Source: Octopus sinensis (Eukaryota). Taken from it: a DNA stretch of 64,000 nt. This document shows, piece after piece, positions 38,982-52,147 of the stretch (within the stretch, counting starts at the first letter, position 1; each line of letters opens with the position of its first letter). The position numbers and the translations under genes were made by a program. Location of the stretch: positions 18,228,001 through 18,292,000 of the forward strand of contig NC_043006.1 in assembly GCF_006345805.1 (NCBI RefSeq), in the 5' to 3' direction. The notes beneath the pieces are model-generated. The model was not told the origin of the DNA and did not search any database. It worked only from the letters and a program-made list of their open reading frames with translations.

Positions 38982-39860
38982 TGACCACACAGAACCACTA
39001 ATGACCACACATTAAACTCTTGGTGACCTCTCACAGAACCCCTTGAGGTCTGTCAGGGAACTGCTAGTGACCTCATAGCAACCCTAGTAACCTCCCACAG
39101 AACCTCTAGTGGCCTATTGTAGAACAGAGTTACCTATTGTGGAACACTGAGTGACCTCTCATAGTACCCCTAATAATCATTTGTAGAGCCCTTAGCCATC
39201 TCTTACAGAACCACTAGTGACCTATTATGGAACCACCAGTGACCTTTCACAGAGATTCCAGTAACCTTTCACAAAAGTACCAAGCAGTCTCTTGCAGAAC
39301 CCTCAGCAACCTGTCACAGAACCCCTGCTGATCTCTTGCAGAATCCCTTGTTACTACACATAGAACTCTTAATGGAATCCCTAATGATCTGGTGACTTCG
39401 CACAGAACTTCTTGTGACCTCTTGTGGAACCCCTAATTGTCTCTCAAGGAACCTTCGGTGACTTGTTGCAGAGCCCCTACTGATCACTTAGAGACCACTT
39501 ATGGGACCCCTAGCAACATCTCATGGAACCTCTTGTAACCTATCACAGGACTCGTAGTGGCCTCTCACAGAATCCTTTGTGACCTCTCAAGGAATCTCTA
39601 CTGACTTTGCACAGAACCCCTTGTAACCACTCAAGGAACCCCTAGTGACCTCTCTCAGAATCCCTAATGACCACTTGTGGGGTCCCTAGCAACTTCTCAT
39701 GGAACTCCAAGTGACCTGTCACAGAATCCTTTGGGATTTCTTAAGGGACCCCTAATGACTTCTCACAAATCCCTTAGTGGCCTGTCAAGGAATCTTTAAG
39801 GACCATTTGCAGAACCTTTAGTAATCTCAGGCAAAATCATTAGTAACTGCTTGCAGAACG
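38982..39860. repeat. Diverged 22-bp tandem array (~40 units, consensus CAGAACCCCTAGTGACCTCTCA)
   Basis: GAA/GAG anchors spaced 22 bp apart, e.g. 39186, 39208, 39230, 39252 and 39614, 39636, 39658. Confidence 0.85.
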
Positions 39861-40181
39861 TCAAGCTATCCAGGGAACATATTGATCAAAGCCATTTAAT
39901 AAAAAAAAAAAAAAAAATCAACATGTACCATATTACTAAAAACAAAAAAAACTACTGATTAATTAATGGTTAGTGAAATTATAGAGATTAACAACTCCTA
40001 TCATATCTTCCATTAGGAAGTATTTTATTCTGGCATTATAACTGTTGCTTTTTGTTTTTATCAATCTATTGATTGATGTCCTTTTAATCAGTCTTTGGTA
40101 ACTTATTTCTCGCTATACGTAATTATATCAAAACAGGGTATCAGCTTGGAAATCATCATCATCATCATCAACAACATCAGT

Positions 40182-40545
40182 GGAGGTGCAATGGCCCAGT
40201 GGTTAGGGCAGCGGACTCCCGGTCGGAGGATCACGGTTTCGATTCCCAGACCGGGCGTTGTGTGTATTTATTGAGCGAAAACACCTAAAGCTCCACGAAA
40301 GGATATGCAGGGTGTGGTGGCGACCCCTGTTGTACTCTTTTGCTCCAACTTTCTTTCACTCTTTCTTCCTGGTTCTTGTCCCTGACTTCCTACGCAACCA
40401 TTGAGCCTGGATGCACATTCATCCATCCGTCGATGCTCTCGATGTCGGGGGGTTGACCTGCTTTCTCTTCTGCGGGGTCTTACGAATAGCAAAGGACCAC
40501 GTTTCGGACTTCTCCCACTGGGACGAAGACCGCTTCACTCAACAA
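40182..40545 (+). mobile_element. SINE type C (tail 2, (AAAC)n end)
   Basis: Shared head and body; different 3' tail. Confidence 0.8.
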
Positions 40546-41049
40546 ACAAACAAACAAACAAACAACAAACAAACAAATCAACAACATCAACATCATCATC
40601 ATCTTCTTCACCACCATCATCATCATCATCATTAAAATCATCACCAACATCATCATTATTGTTTTAATGTTCACTTTTCCATGCTTGCATAGGTCTGAGG
40701 AAATTTGTTGAGGCAGATATTCAATGGCTGGATGCCCATCCTGTGACAAACTCTCACCTGTTTCCAAGCAAATTAATATTTTACTTGCAATACTAGAAAC
40801 AAATTATATTGCTTGTGTGTGAAGGCTGCAAGTGATAGAATTGCTAATGTACCAAACAAAATGCTTTAGCAGCATTTCGTCTGTCTTCTCTACATTTTGA
40901 GTTCAAATTCCACCAAGGTTAACTTTTCTGCCATTTATTGTTGACCAAAATAAGTACCACTTGAGCACTGGGACTGATTTAACTAACTTAGCCCCCACCC
41001 ACCCAAACTGGTCTTATGTCAAAATTTGAAACCAATATCGCTAGTGTGG

Positions 41050-41222
41050 TGGTGGTGGTGATGATGATGATGATGATGATGACGATGACGATGACGATGA
41101 TGATGATGATGATGATGATGATGGTGAAGAAGATGATGATGATGATGATGGTGAAGAAGATGATGATGATAATGATGATGTTGATGATGAGGATGATGAT
41201 GATGATGATCATCATCATCATG
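41050..41222. repeat. (GAT)n trinucleotide repeat
   Basis: Direct inspection. Confidence 0.95.
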
Positions 41223-41376
41223 ATTTAAAACCATCACATCATGGCAAGACAAGGGTACATACACATACATACACGCACATATATATATATTTTATATTTT
41301 ATATATATTTAATTTTATTTCTATGTTTTAGTTTATGTTTTTCACTGTTTGATTTGCCTAATAGTGGTTTTATCTC

Positions 41377-41411
<35 letters not shown>

Positions 41412-42249
41412 TATCCACACAAAGATTTCCAGAAAGCTCCTGTAACATCAACATTCCAGAGGCCATTTGGCACCAAGTAACATAAGTTTTAACTTAACCT
41501 TTACTCAGTTCATTTCTTTTTTTTTTCTCAGTAACCACAAACCAGATGTGTCTTTTCAGCTCCAACAATAGAGAGCAGTCACCATATTATATTCCATAAT
41601 TGCCAACTCTGAAGAGTGCAAGGTTACATAATTGGGCCGTTATCTAACATTACGTTGACCCTCCTGAGTGAAGCCAGTTGGTAAGATCAGCCATAATGGA
41701 TATATAATACTGTACACTTTGATTAATCTCTCTATATATAAACGGTAAAATGTGTGTGTGTGTGTGTGTGTGCATGTCCTTTATACAAATCCACAATTTT
41801 TCAGTTAGAGGGCTCGCACTTACTATGGTCATTCAAAATCGTCCAAGGATGGTCGTGCACATCTTTACATTTCCCCAGTCACCCTGCAAAGCCATTAAAA
41901 TAATCAAAAGAAGTGACTTTTTTGTGAATTTTCTATCCAAAACCCAATCAAAATACCCAAAACTTGATATGCCAATTGAATGCCAGCTAGCTGTATGTGA
42001 CTGGTTAGAGATTTGGACAGTACTTGCGTGTATGTGTGCATGCACGCAGCTGTATATGCATGCACTAGCACTATGACTCGGCGTTGCTGGGTCATAGTGC
42101 TAGTATATTTATATATACCTAAAAGCAAATGAATAATAATAGATGATGGATAATTGTCAGTTCATTACAATTGTTTCTTACGCATTTTTTAATAGAAGAA
42201 TGAGAACATTACTCCATTACAAAAAACCCGTAATCATCAGATGAAATGT

Positions 42250-42415
42250 AATTTTACAAACAAAAGAATATCCCAAGAATACAGCAGGGACATGGTTGAA
42301 GTCTATCAAGGCAAACTATGAAATGGGTAAAAATGAGTAGGCCCATGTACAAGTCCTTGCTGTGAATGGGGATATCCTTCATTGAGAAATTAACTATGAC
42401 CTTATCCATCTTGTC
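42250..42415 (-). pseudogene. Possible Penelope-like ORF N-terminal remnant
   Basis: MDKVIVNFSMKDIPIHSKDLYMGLLI resembles the YSxKNIPIPSxxxY N-terminus recalled for PLE proteins (not verified by search). Confidence 0.4.
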
Positions 42416-42589
42416 GAATAATTCAAGTACAGTAAGCATCGTTTCATTGGTTGTGAAACATATCAAATAAATTGTAAAATGAAGATTCAGAAAGAATCAG
42501 GTGTTTGAAAAGATATGCACCTTGTGCATATCCTTTCAAGTACCTGATTCTATCTGAATCCTTATTTTACTATTTATATATTTACTATA

Positions 42590-42591
42590 TA

Positions 42592-42622
<31 letters not shown>

Positions 42623-42804
42623 ATGTATGTATGTATGTATGTATGTATGTATGTTATGTATGTATGTATATATGTTATGTATTTATGTTATGTATGTATG
42701 TATGTATGTTATGTATGTATTATGTATGTATGTATGTATGTATGTATGTTATGTATGTATTTATGTATGTATGTATGTTATGTATGTATGTATGTATGTA
42801 TGTA

Positions 42805-42868
<64 letters not shown>

Positions 42869-43824
42869 ATATTATATATATATATATACACACATACAAT
42901 GGGTTTCGTACAGTTTCTGTCTACCAAATCCATACACCAAGTTTTGATTAGCCTGGAACTATAGTCGAAGACATCTGCATAAGGTACCACACAGTGGGAT
43001 TGAACCCAAGACTACATGGCCATGCCTGTAATACTTAGTAATATTTCTTAATTAGTTTGAATATAAACAACAATCATTAATTACATTTGAATCACAAATC
43101 CATGACTCAGAGCTTTTAGTCCAATAATGAAAACATCCATAGAATGCTAATGCAAGCAAAGAATAACCAAATAAATAGCTTGTGAGGAAAGTAGAGAAGA
43201 TTTAATTATAATTTTCTCTTATATAGATATGCATTGGGTTAGAAAATGCCCAATAACTATAAAAATATAATTATGAATATCATGTGATCACGTGACCGAC
43301 CAGACCAGACCATCAGATGTTGTTACACATCGCTGGTCACAATACGTTCGCATTGTTTTAGCCTTCGAACGACGCCACCCCGCTGGCTAAGCGAGCAGGC
43401 CAACAGGAGAAAGAGTGGGAGAAAGTGTGGTGAAAGAGTACAGCAAGGATCGCCACCACACCCTGCCGGAGCCTCGTGGAGCTTTTTAGGTGTTTTCGCT
43501 CAATAAACACTCACAACGCCCAGTCTGGGAATCGAAACCGCGATCCTATGACCACGAGTCCGCTGCCCTAACCACTAGGCCATTGCGCCTCCACATTATG
43601 AATATATATTACTCTTTTACTTGTTTCAGTCATTTGACTGCAGCCATGCTGGAGCACCGCCTTTAGTCGAGCAAATCGACCCCAGGACTTATTCTTTGTA
43701 AGCTCAGTACTTATTCTATCGGTCTCTTTTGCCGAACCGCTAAGTGACAGGGACGTAAACACACCAGCATCGATTGTCAAGCAATACTAGGGGGACAACC
43801 ACAGACACACAAACACACACATAT

Positions 43825-43869
<45 letters not shown>

Positions 43870-44065
43870 TATGTGTGTGTGTATGTATGTATGTATGTAT
43901 GTATGTATGTATGTATGTATGTATGTATGTATGTATTTATGTATGTATGTATGTTATGTATGTATGTATGTATGTTATGTATGTATTATGTATGTATGTA
44001 TGTATGTATGTATGTTATGTAGTATTTATGTATGTATGTATGTTATATATGTATGTATGTATGTA

Positions 44066-44142
<77 letters not shown>

Positions 44143-45090
44143 ATATACACACATACAATGGGTTTCGTACAGTTTCTGTCTACCAAATCCATACACCAAG
44201 TTTTGATTAGCCTGGAACTATAGTCGAAGACATCTGCATAAGGTACCACACAGTGGGATTGAACCAAGACTACATGGCCATGCCTGTAATACTTAGTAAT
44301 ATTTCTTAATTAGTTTGAATATAAACAACAATCATTAATTACATTTGAATCACAAATCCATGACTCAGAGCTTTTAGTCCAATAATGAAAACATCCATAG
44401 AATGCTAATGCAAGCAAAGAATAACCAAATAAATAGCTTGTTAGGAAAGTAGAGAAGATTTAATTATAATTTTCTCTTATATAGATATGCATTGGGTTAG
44501 AAAATGCCCAATAACTATAAAAATATAATTATGAATATCACGTGATCACGTGACCGACCAGACCAGACCATCAGATGTTGTTACACATCGCTGGTCACAA
44601 TACGTTCGCATTGTTTTAGCCTTCGAATGACGCCACCCCGCTGGCTAAGCGAGCAGGCCAACAGGAGAAAGAGTGGGAGAAAGTGTGGTGAAAGAGTACA
44701 GCAAGGATCGCCACCACACCCTGCCGGAGCCTCGTGGAGCTTTTTAGGTGTTTTCGCTCAATAAACACTCACAACGCCCGGTCTGGGAATCGAAACCGCG
44801 ATCCTATGACCACGAGTCCGCTGCCCTAACCACTAGGCCATTGCGCCTCCACATTATGAATATATATTACTCTTTTACTCTTTTACTTGTTTCAGTCATT
44901 TGACTGCAGCCATGCTGGAGCACCGCCTTTAGTCGAGCAAATCGACCCCAGGACTTATTCTTTGTAAGCTCAGTACTTATTCTATCGGTCTCTTTTGCCG
45001 AACCGCTAAGTGACAGGGACGTAAACACACCAGCATCGATTGTCAAGCAATACTAGGGGGACAACCACAGACACACAAACACACACATAT

Positions 45091-45125
<35 letters not shown>
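42590..45125. repeat. ~1.26-kb direct tandem duplication
   Basis: 42901-43860 nearly identical to 44160-45125; microsatellite blocks also duplicated. Confidence 0.9.
43284..43594 (-). mobile_element. SINE type C (tail 3); duplicate at 44544-44852
   Basis: Shared head; TSD ATTATGAATAT. Confidence 0.85.
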
Positions 45126-45139
<14 letters not shown>

Positions 45140-45306
45140 TACGACAGGCTTCTTCCAGTTTCCGTCTACCAAATCCACTCACAAGGCATTGGTCGGCCCG
45201 GGGCTATAGCAGAAGACACTTGCCCAAGATCCCACGCAGTGGGACTGAACCCGGAACCATGTGGTTGGTTAGGAAGCTACTTACCACACAGCCACTCCTG
45301 CGCCTA
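44866..45306 (-). mobile_element. SINE type A
   Basis: Full-length family match. Confidence 0.85.
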
Positions 45307-45547
45307 TATATATACAATGATGCAATAAAGAATTGCTTGAATGATGACTGAGCAATAAAGCCAAATGTTGGGTTTGGAAATTATAATTATAGCAACCCAG
45401 AAGTAATTGAATAAATGTTATTTCAGAAAATACTGTTTAATGATTCTAGTCTATGTGCAACTTTGCTTGGTGGCTTGAAACAGAAGCAGCTGATAGAAAA
45501 AAGCTTTGTCAAAATGAATAACATTACTTTGTGGTAGTTTATATATG

Positions 45548-45785
45548 TATCATCATCATCATCATCATCATCATTTAGTGTCCGCTTTCCATGCTAGCAT
45601 GGGTTGGACGGTTGAACTGGGGTCTGGGAAGCCAGGAGGCTGCACCAGGCTCCAGTCTGATCTGGCAATGTTTCTATGGCTGGATGCCCTTCCTAACGCC
45701 AACCACTCCATGAATGTAGTGGATGCTTTTTACGTGCCACCGGCACAGCTGCCAGATGGGGCTGGCAAATGGCCACGGTTGGATG
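45548..45785 (-). mobile_element. 5'-truncated RTE 3'UTR copy
   Basis: (CAT)n plus tail match. Confidence 0.75.
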
Positions 45786-45795
45786 TATGTGTGTA

Positions 45796-45843
<48 letters not shown>

Positions 45844-45981
45844 ATAAATTATTAAGGTGGCTATTCACATTTTATAGCTGAAAGGCAACAAGTATAGTCA
45901 TCACTAAAGTGGGTGTTAGTCAGCATCATTGCTAGAAATAAGAGTCAAAACAACTCTTAGCCATGTGAGAGCATTATATAC

Positions 45982-46054
<73 letters not shown>

Positions 46055-46462
46055 TATATACATATATAAAGATATAATAATATATATAATATATATATGC
46101 ATATATATATGTGTATACATACATACTTACATGTATACATATATGCATATGCATATGTGGGCAGAGGATGTCACAAAATGTAAACATATGCATATATATA
46201 TATATATATAGACACACACATAGGTACAGGCATAGCTGTGTAGTAAGAAGCTAGCTTCCCAACAACATGGTTCTGGGTTCAGTTCCACTGCATGGCACCT
46301 TGGGCACATGCATTCTACTATAGCCTCGGGCTGACCAAAGCCTTGTCAGTGGATTTGGTAGATAGAAGCTGAAAGAAGCCCATCATATATATATATATCT
46401 ATGTGTGTGTGTCTTTGCATCTGCGTTTGTCCCCCCACCACTGCTTGACAACCTGTGTACTT

Positions 46463-46780
46463 ATGTAAAGGTTCAGTGGTTAGAGCATCAGGCTCACAAT
46501 CATGAGGTAGTAAGTTCGATTCCCAGACGAAACACTTATTTCACGTGACTCCAGTTCATTCATCTGTAGAAACGAGTTGCGATGTTACCGGTGCCAAGCT
46601 GTATTGGTTTTTTGCTTTTCCCTTGGATAGCATCAGTGGCATGGAGAGGGATATGCATGGTATGCATGGACAACTGCTGGTCTTCCATAAACAAATTCAC
46701 CTGGACTTGTACCACGGAGGATAATTTTCTAGATGCAATCCCATGGTCATTCATAAATAACCAAAGGGGGTCTTTACCCT
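46463..46780 (+). mobile_element. tRNA-derived SINE type D
   Basis: CAGTGGTTAGAGC A-box, GTTCGATTCCC B-box; tail shared with 10245-10441. Confidence 0.7.
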
Positions 46781-46784
46781 TTAA

Positions 46785-47015
46785 CCCTTTAGTGTTTAAA
46801 CCGGCCATATCCGGTTCAAATATTTTACATGTTTTATATTCAAACTGGCGATATCTAGCCTTTAAGCACCTACCCTACATTGAGACTCTAAAAATAAATA
46901 GTGACATTATTGAAACCTCAAAGCTATAAGATAATGCATGATTAATTCAAGTTGATGATAATGAATTTGAATGAAGAAGTATTACATTTAACAGAATAAT
47001 TTAAACACTAAAGGG
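46785..47015. mobile_element. piggyBac-like MITE
   Basis: Perfect 16-bp TIR CCCTTTAGTGTTTAAA with TTAA TSD. Confidence 0.8.
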
Positions 47016-48221
47016 TTAACCAGAAAAATTCAACAGAAATTAATCGTATTCCACTTGATGAAGTTGTTCCTGAAAAATATTCAACTGAATGATCTCCTAT
47101 AATTGTATATGAATTTAAACTCAGCAACTTAAAGCTGGTGTTCAGTGAAGAAACAAATGTCATGATCTACTATTTAAAGGCCATTACTCTCTATCCTCAT
47201 ATTATATTATCCTTGTATATATACACACACATTGAGCAAAATTAGAATATGACTTTTGCAGCTATAAATTATCTGATTAATGAAGTATGTGTAACACAAA
47301 AGAAGAAAACTAAATGCTGATGATTTTGAAAATAATTACAAATTGATTTATAGACAGATTCTTTTTCTCCCTCTGACAGGTTGAAATCCGCAACCTAAAT
47401 CAATAAACAAATTCAATTACCATATAATAGATAATTTATCTTTTAAAGTATATTCTAACATTTCTGTATATGTTCGACAAAGCATTTCACGACTTTTACT
47501 GAGTGACAGTTAACACGCTTATTAGCTCATTCTACTAAATCTTTTTGTCAGATACAATTTGTTTCGGAGTAATGATATTACAAAACTGACTGAAGTTATA
47601 CGATGTCATAACTAAACTGAGAGCATTAACCTCCTTTGTCCTAGCTCTGAACTTGCCTGTGGGATATTTACTTCAAATTTCTCCAGAGGGGATAATCTTG
47701 ATGAATTATTTTCCACATCAACAATATCTTCTCTACAAAAGTATCTTGTGCCTAGCTTTCAATTTGTTTTTAAAGTAATCAAACATGAACTACAGTGGTT
47801 TCCACTTCTGGGCAATCAAACCAACACCATGAATAATTACTGCTTGCTGTGGAGGCATGTGGATCAGTGTATTGCACCTTTGATTATAAGATTGTGGTTT
47901 CAATTCCTACACCAGGAAATACATTGTGTTTTTGAGCAAAGCACTTCATTTCGCATTGCTCCAGTCCACTCAGATGCCAAAAGTTAGTAATCCTGCAACA
48001 GACTAGTGTGCTATCCAGGGTAAGGGGAATACATGTGCCACAGATCTGGGAAACCTATGGCTTAGAAAGGATCTTTGATACTTTTTCTCGTATATAAATG
48101 GTGTCGGTGTTTTGTATTTTAATTAAAATATAGATGAGATTGAAGATTTTTAGGTTCTAAAATTGGAGCGGTTTTGTACATATGGGTATATTAATTGCTA
48201 TTTTAAATAAAACACACATGT

Positions 48222-48258
<37 letters not shown>

Positions 48259-48401
48259 ATGTGGAAAGGTTAATTTTTTTAAATGGCAAACATGGCATAC
48301 TATAAGATATTAGAAATTCCCATAACTATAATATACTTTGAACAGAGTCAGTGGATCTATGTGTAAAGTAAGTTTGCTGTTGGTGAATGTACATACATAC
48401 A

Positions 48402-48432
<31 letters not shown>

Positions 48433-48437
48433 GTAGT

Positions 48438-48830
48438 GATCCTACAACGGCGCGCGCTCGCGCACTGTCCATTTGTATTTCGCGCGTGTTGGTGCCTTCA
48501 CCAAGTGAGAGGAAGGGCCCTCTCGCGCATGCGCGAAGCACCGGAAGAAGAACCCTATTGCCTACGTAGCAGTTAGCGAGGCAAGGGGCCGTAGAACGTT
48601 TGACCACTAGCAGCAGCAAGCGGCGACTTGGGACCCAGCGATTGAAGGCGGCGGTCACGCATATATTCTCTCCGGTTGATAGCAGCAGTCGGCCGAATAC
48701 CTTTAACCAAATTGTTGCCGACCACATTCAACTTCCCTGTTCGACGCCATCTTGACCCCTTTCTGTTTTGGGGCTGAAGATTGTAAATATTACAATCGAT
48801 TTACTTTCAGCCTTGCGCGCCCCGAACCAA
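48438..48830. promoter_or_regulatory. CpG-rich housekeeping-type promoter / first-exon region
   Basis: Only strongly CpG-rich unique segment; GCGCATGCGC (NRF1-like) 48525, CCGGAAG (ETS) 48541, CGCCATCTT (YY1-like) 48745. Confidence 0.6.
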
Positions 48831-49019
48831 GGACATCAGATAACTAATTATTGTTATTGTTACCAAGAAAGAGAATAAAGTAGTTATATATATTTTACGT
48901 CTGCGTCTTGTTGTTTCTGACTAGTAGAATTCTGGATTATTAAAGCAACGGCTAGTGAGTGATTGCTTTCTTGTACCCAGAAAGTACAAGATAGATAAAC
49001 ACTCACACGAAGTTCGTTT

Positions 49020-49149
49020 CACATACATACATACATACATACATACATACATACATACATACATGCATACATGCATGCATACATGCATGCATACATGCAT
49101 GCATACATACATACATACATACATACATACATACATGCATGCATGCATG

Positions 49150-49181
<32 letters not shown>

Positions 49182-49219
49182 CATACATGCATGCATGCAT
49201 GAATACATACATACATACA

Positions 49220-49252
<33 letters not shown>

Positions 49253-49315
49253 GCATGCATACATGCATGCATACATACATACATACATACATACATGCAT
49301 GCATGCATACATACA

Positions 49316-49349
<34 letters not shown>

Positions 49350-49425
49350 CATACATGCATGCATGCATGCATACATACATACATACATACATACATACAT
49401 ACATGCATACACACATATATATACA
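49020..49425. repeat. (CATA)/(CATG) tetranucleotide microsatellite
   Basis: Direct inspection. Confidence 0.95.
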
Positions 49426-50249
49426 CACACATTACAGACATTCTGTGAAACTAAGGCTTCTATAGAATACAGAGGTATTGCATAGAATATCTTAAACTTT
49501 AAGACAAAGTGTAAAATGAAATTTCTGCACACGTTTTCTGGATTTTCTATAGAATACCAACTTTGTTATAAGCAACTTGAGGAAACAATAACATATTCTC
49601 ACAAATCTGCAAGAATCTTGAACCACAAGCAATCAAAATGAAGAAAATAGCTAACAATAAGTTCTGCCAGTTGAATTCTGTGCTACAGTTTGGATTTCTA
49701 TTCCTGAGTATGACAAAAGATATGGACATTCACAACATTTTTACTGTCATTATGGATGACAGCTGTGGCCTGTCTTTAATAGCTGGTAACCAGTGTACAA
49801 AGTGGTGCTGAAAAGTTTCTAGCTTCAGGTAAAAGAAAATACAGGAGAATCAGTTAATTATGATTTTATTCAACATATTCCCCTCTTAGACTCACATACT
49901 TATTGCAGCTGTCTTTCAGTTTTTCTAAGTACTGTAAAAGAACTCAAAATGTTGGGCCTCCAACCAGGCCTTTCATGATATCATTAAAGCCAGGAACTTT
50001 TCAGTACCCTGTCGTAAACATAAGCATTGACACAAACACATAAAATATACTCTTATACAACAGGTTTCCACATAGTTCTCATCTAATAATTTCCACTCAC
50101 AAGGTACTGGTCAACTGAGGCCACAATAGAAAACACTTCAGTTGCCAAGTTGACATGCAATAGGAGCAAACTTTGAGTCGCATAGTTGTAAGGTAAACCT
50201 CCTATTACACAGATATATCTACACTATTTCTTTTATTCTTTTATTTGTT

Positions 50250-50827
50250 TCAGTCATTTGACTGCAGCCATGCTGGAGCACTACCTTGAAAAGATTTTAG
50301 TTGAAGAAATTGACTTCAACACTTATTCTTTGTAGGCCTAATACTTATTCTATCGGTCACTTTTGCCAAACTGCTAAGTTACAGGGACATAAACACACCA
50401 GCATCAGTTGTCAAGTGACGGCAGGGGGCAAACACACACACACACATAAATATAGGCGCATGAGTGGTTGTGTGGTAAGTAGCTTGCTTATCAACCACAT
50501 GATTCCAGGTTCAGTCCCACTGCATGGCACCTTGGGCAAGTGTCTTCTACTATAACCTTGGGCCGACCAAAGCCTTGCAAGTGGATATGCTGACAGAAAC
50601 TGAAAGAAGCCCATTGTATATATATGTTTGTGTGTGTGTGTTTGTCCTCCCATCATCACTTGACAAAAAATGTTGGTGTGTTTACGTCCACGTATCTTAG
50701 TGGTTCAGCAAAAGAGACCAATAGGATAAGTACTAGGTTTACAAAGTGTAAGTCCTAGGGTCAATTTGTTCAACTAAAAGTGGTGCTCCAGCATGGCCAC
50801 AGTCAAATGACTGAAACAAATAAAAGA

Positions 50828-50859
<32 letters not shown>

Positions 50860-50995
50860 CAGGCTTTTTCCAGTTTCTGTCTACCAAGTCCACTCACAAA
50901 GCTTAGTAGAAGACACTTGCCCAAGGTGCTGTACAGTGGGACTGAACTCGGAACTATGTGGTTGGGAAGCAAGTTTCTTACCACACAGCCATGCC
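50250..50995. mobile_element. SINE type A (+, ~50455-50825) nested in the internal microsatellite of another SINE A (-)
   Basis: Minus-strand 3' half at 50250-50445 and 5' half at 50855-50995 flank the plus copy. Confidence 0.75.
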
Positions 50996-51361
50996 TGAAA
51001 AAAATTATCAACAAACTTTAAAATTCTTTAGTTACAAAACTTTTTTGATACATGTTATTGTGACCAGTAATTGGTAAATTGAGAAAGATAGAATTTATAG
51101 CATGGAGACAGTTTTTTAGTTTTAACTCTTACAAGATTTCCATTTTAATCTTCCTGCTGGATGAAGACAAATTGTTATATTCACAACTGTTTGTTATATT
51201 ACCAATGCCTGCTGAGTATAGTATCAAATGGCTTCTCACAAGAATTCTCTTCGGAAAAAAATGTTTCTTTCCTAATACAGATCAAAAGAAAAAGCTAGCT
51301 CTGTAGGGAATTGTAAATTCTGTCAGTAATTAGCAAAAAGTAACATTTAAAAATTATTTTA

Positions 51362-52075
51362 TCAGGTCATGCCATAAGTTCTGTCCGAATTTTGAATAAA
51401 GAAAACAAGTGATCAAATGTTATATTTAATTGAAATTTAATCATCAATATACTTACCCTGATTATCTAAGACTTCCTTCCATCTATTTACAAGCTTTTTA
51501 ATCCCATCAGTGTAAAACTCTTTTGGTTTCAAAGCGAAGAACTCTGAAATGTCAGTTTCGACCTCCTCCTGGCTTGCAAAAGTTATGTCCCCCAAATGAT
51601 TCTGTAAACTACCTAATGCAACAATCAATGCTCAAGTCTACCGTCAGCAATTAGAGCATTTGAACCAAGCTTTGAAGAAAAATAGACCCGCTTTCGTTAA
51701 TCAAAAAGGAGTGATATTTCATCAGAACAATGCGCAACCCCAAGATCAAAGAACTTGGTTAGGAAAAAATACCTCATCCATCTTATTCTCCCGACCTTGC
51801 TCCTTCAGACTACCATTTGTTTTGTAGTTTACAGAATCATTTGGGGGACATAACTTTTGGAAGCCAGGAGGAGGTGGAAACTGACATTTCAGAGTTCTTC
51901 GCTTTGAAACCAAAAGAGCTTTACATTGATGGGATTAAAAGAACTTGTAAATAGATGGAAGGAAGTCATAGATAATCAGGGAAAGTACATTGATGATTAA
52001 ATTTCAATTAAATATAACATTTGATCACTTGTTTTCTTTATTCAAAATTCCGACAGAACTTATGGGATGACCTGA
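51362..52075. mobile_element. Palindromic mariner MITE made of two 3' ends
   Basis: ~250-bp inverted arms 51362-51612 / 51824-52075, TA TSD, close match to 31609-31860. Confidence 0.9.
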
Positions 52076-52147
52076 TATAACCTTCATATATATTATGTGA
52101 TAAACCAAGATCCACAATTATATATTTTTATAATTATAATGTCTTCA

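Noticed and set aside
38982-39860. 22-bp and 165-bp arrays as CRISPR
   Set aside because: Head-to-tail units without unique spacers, no cas genes, eukaryotic context.
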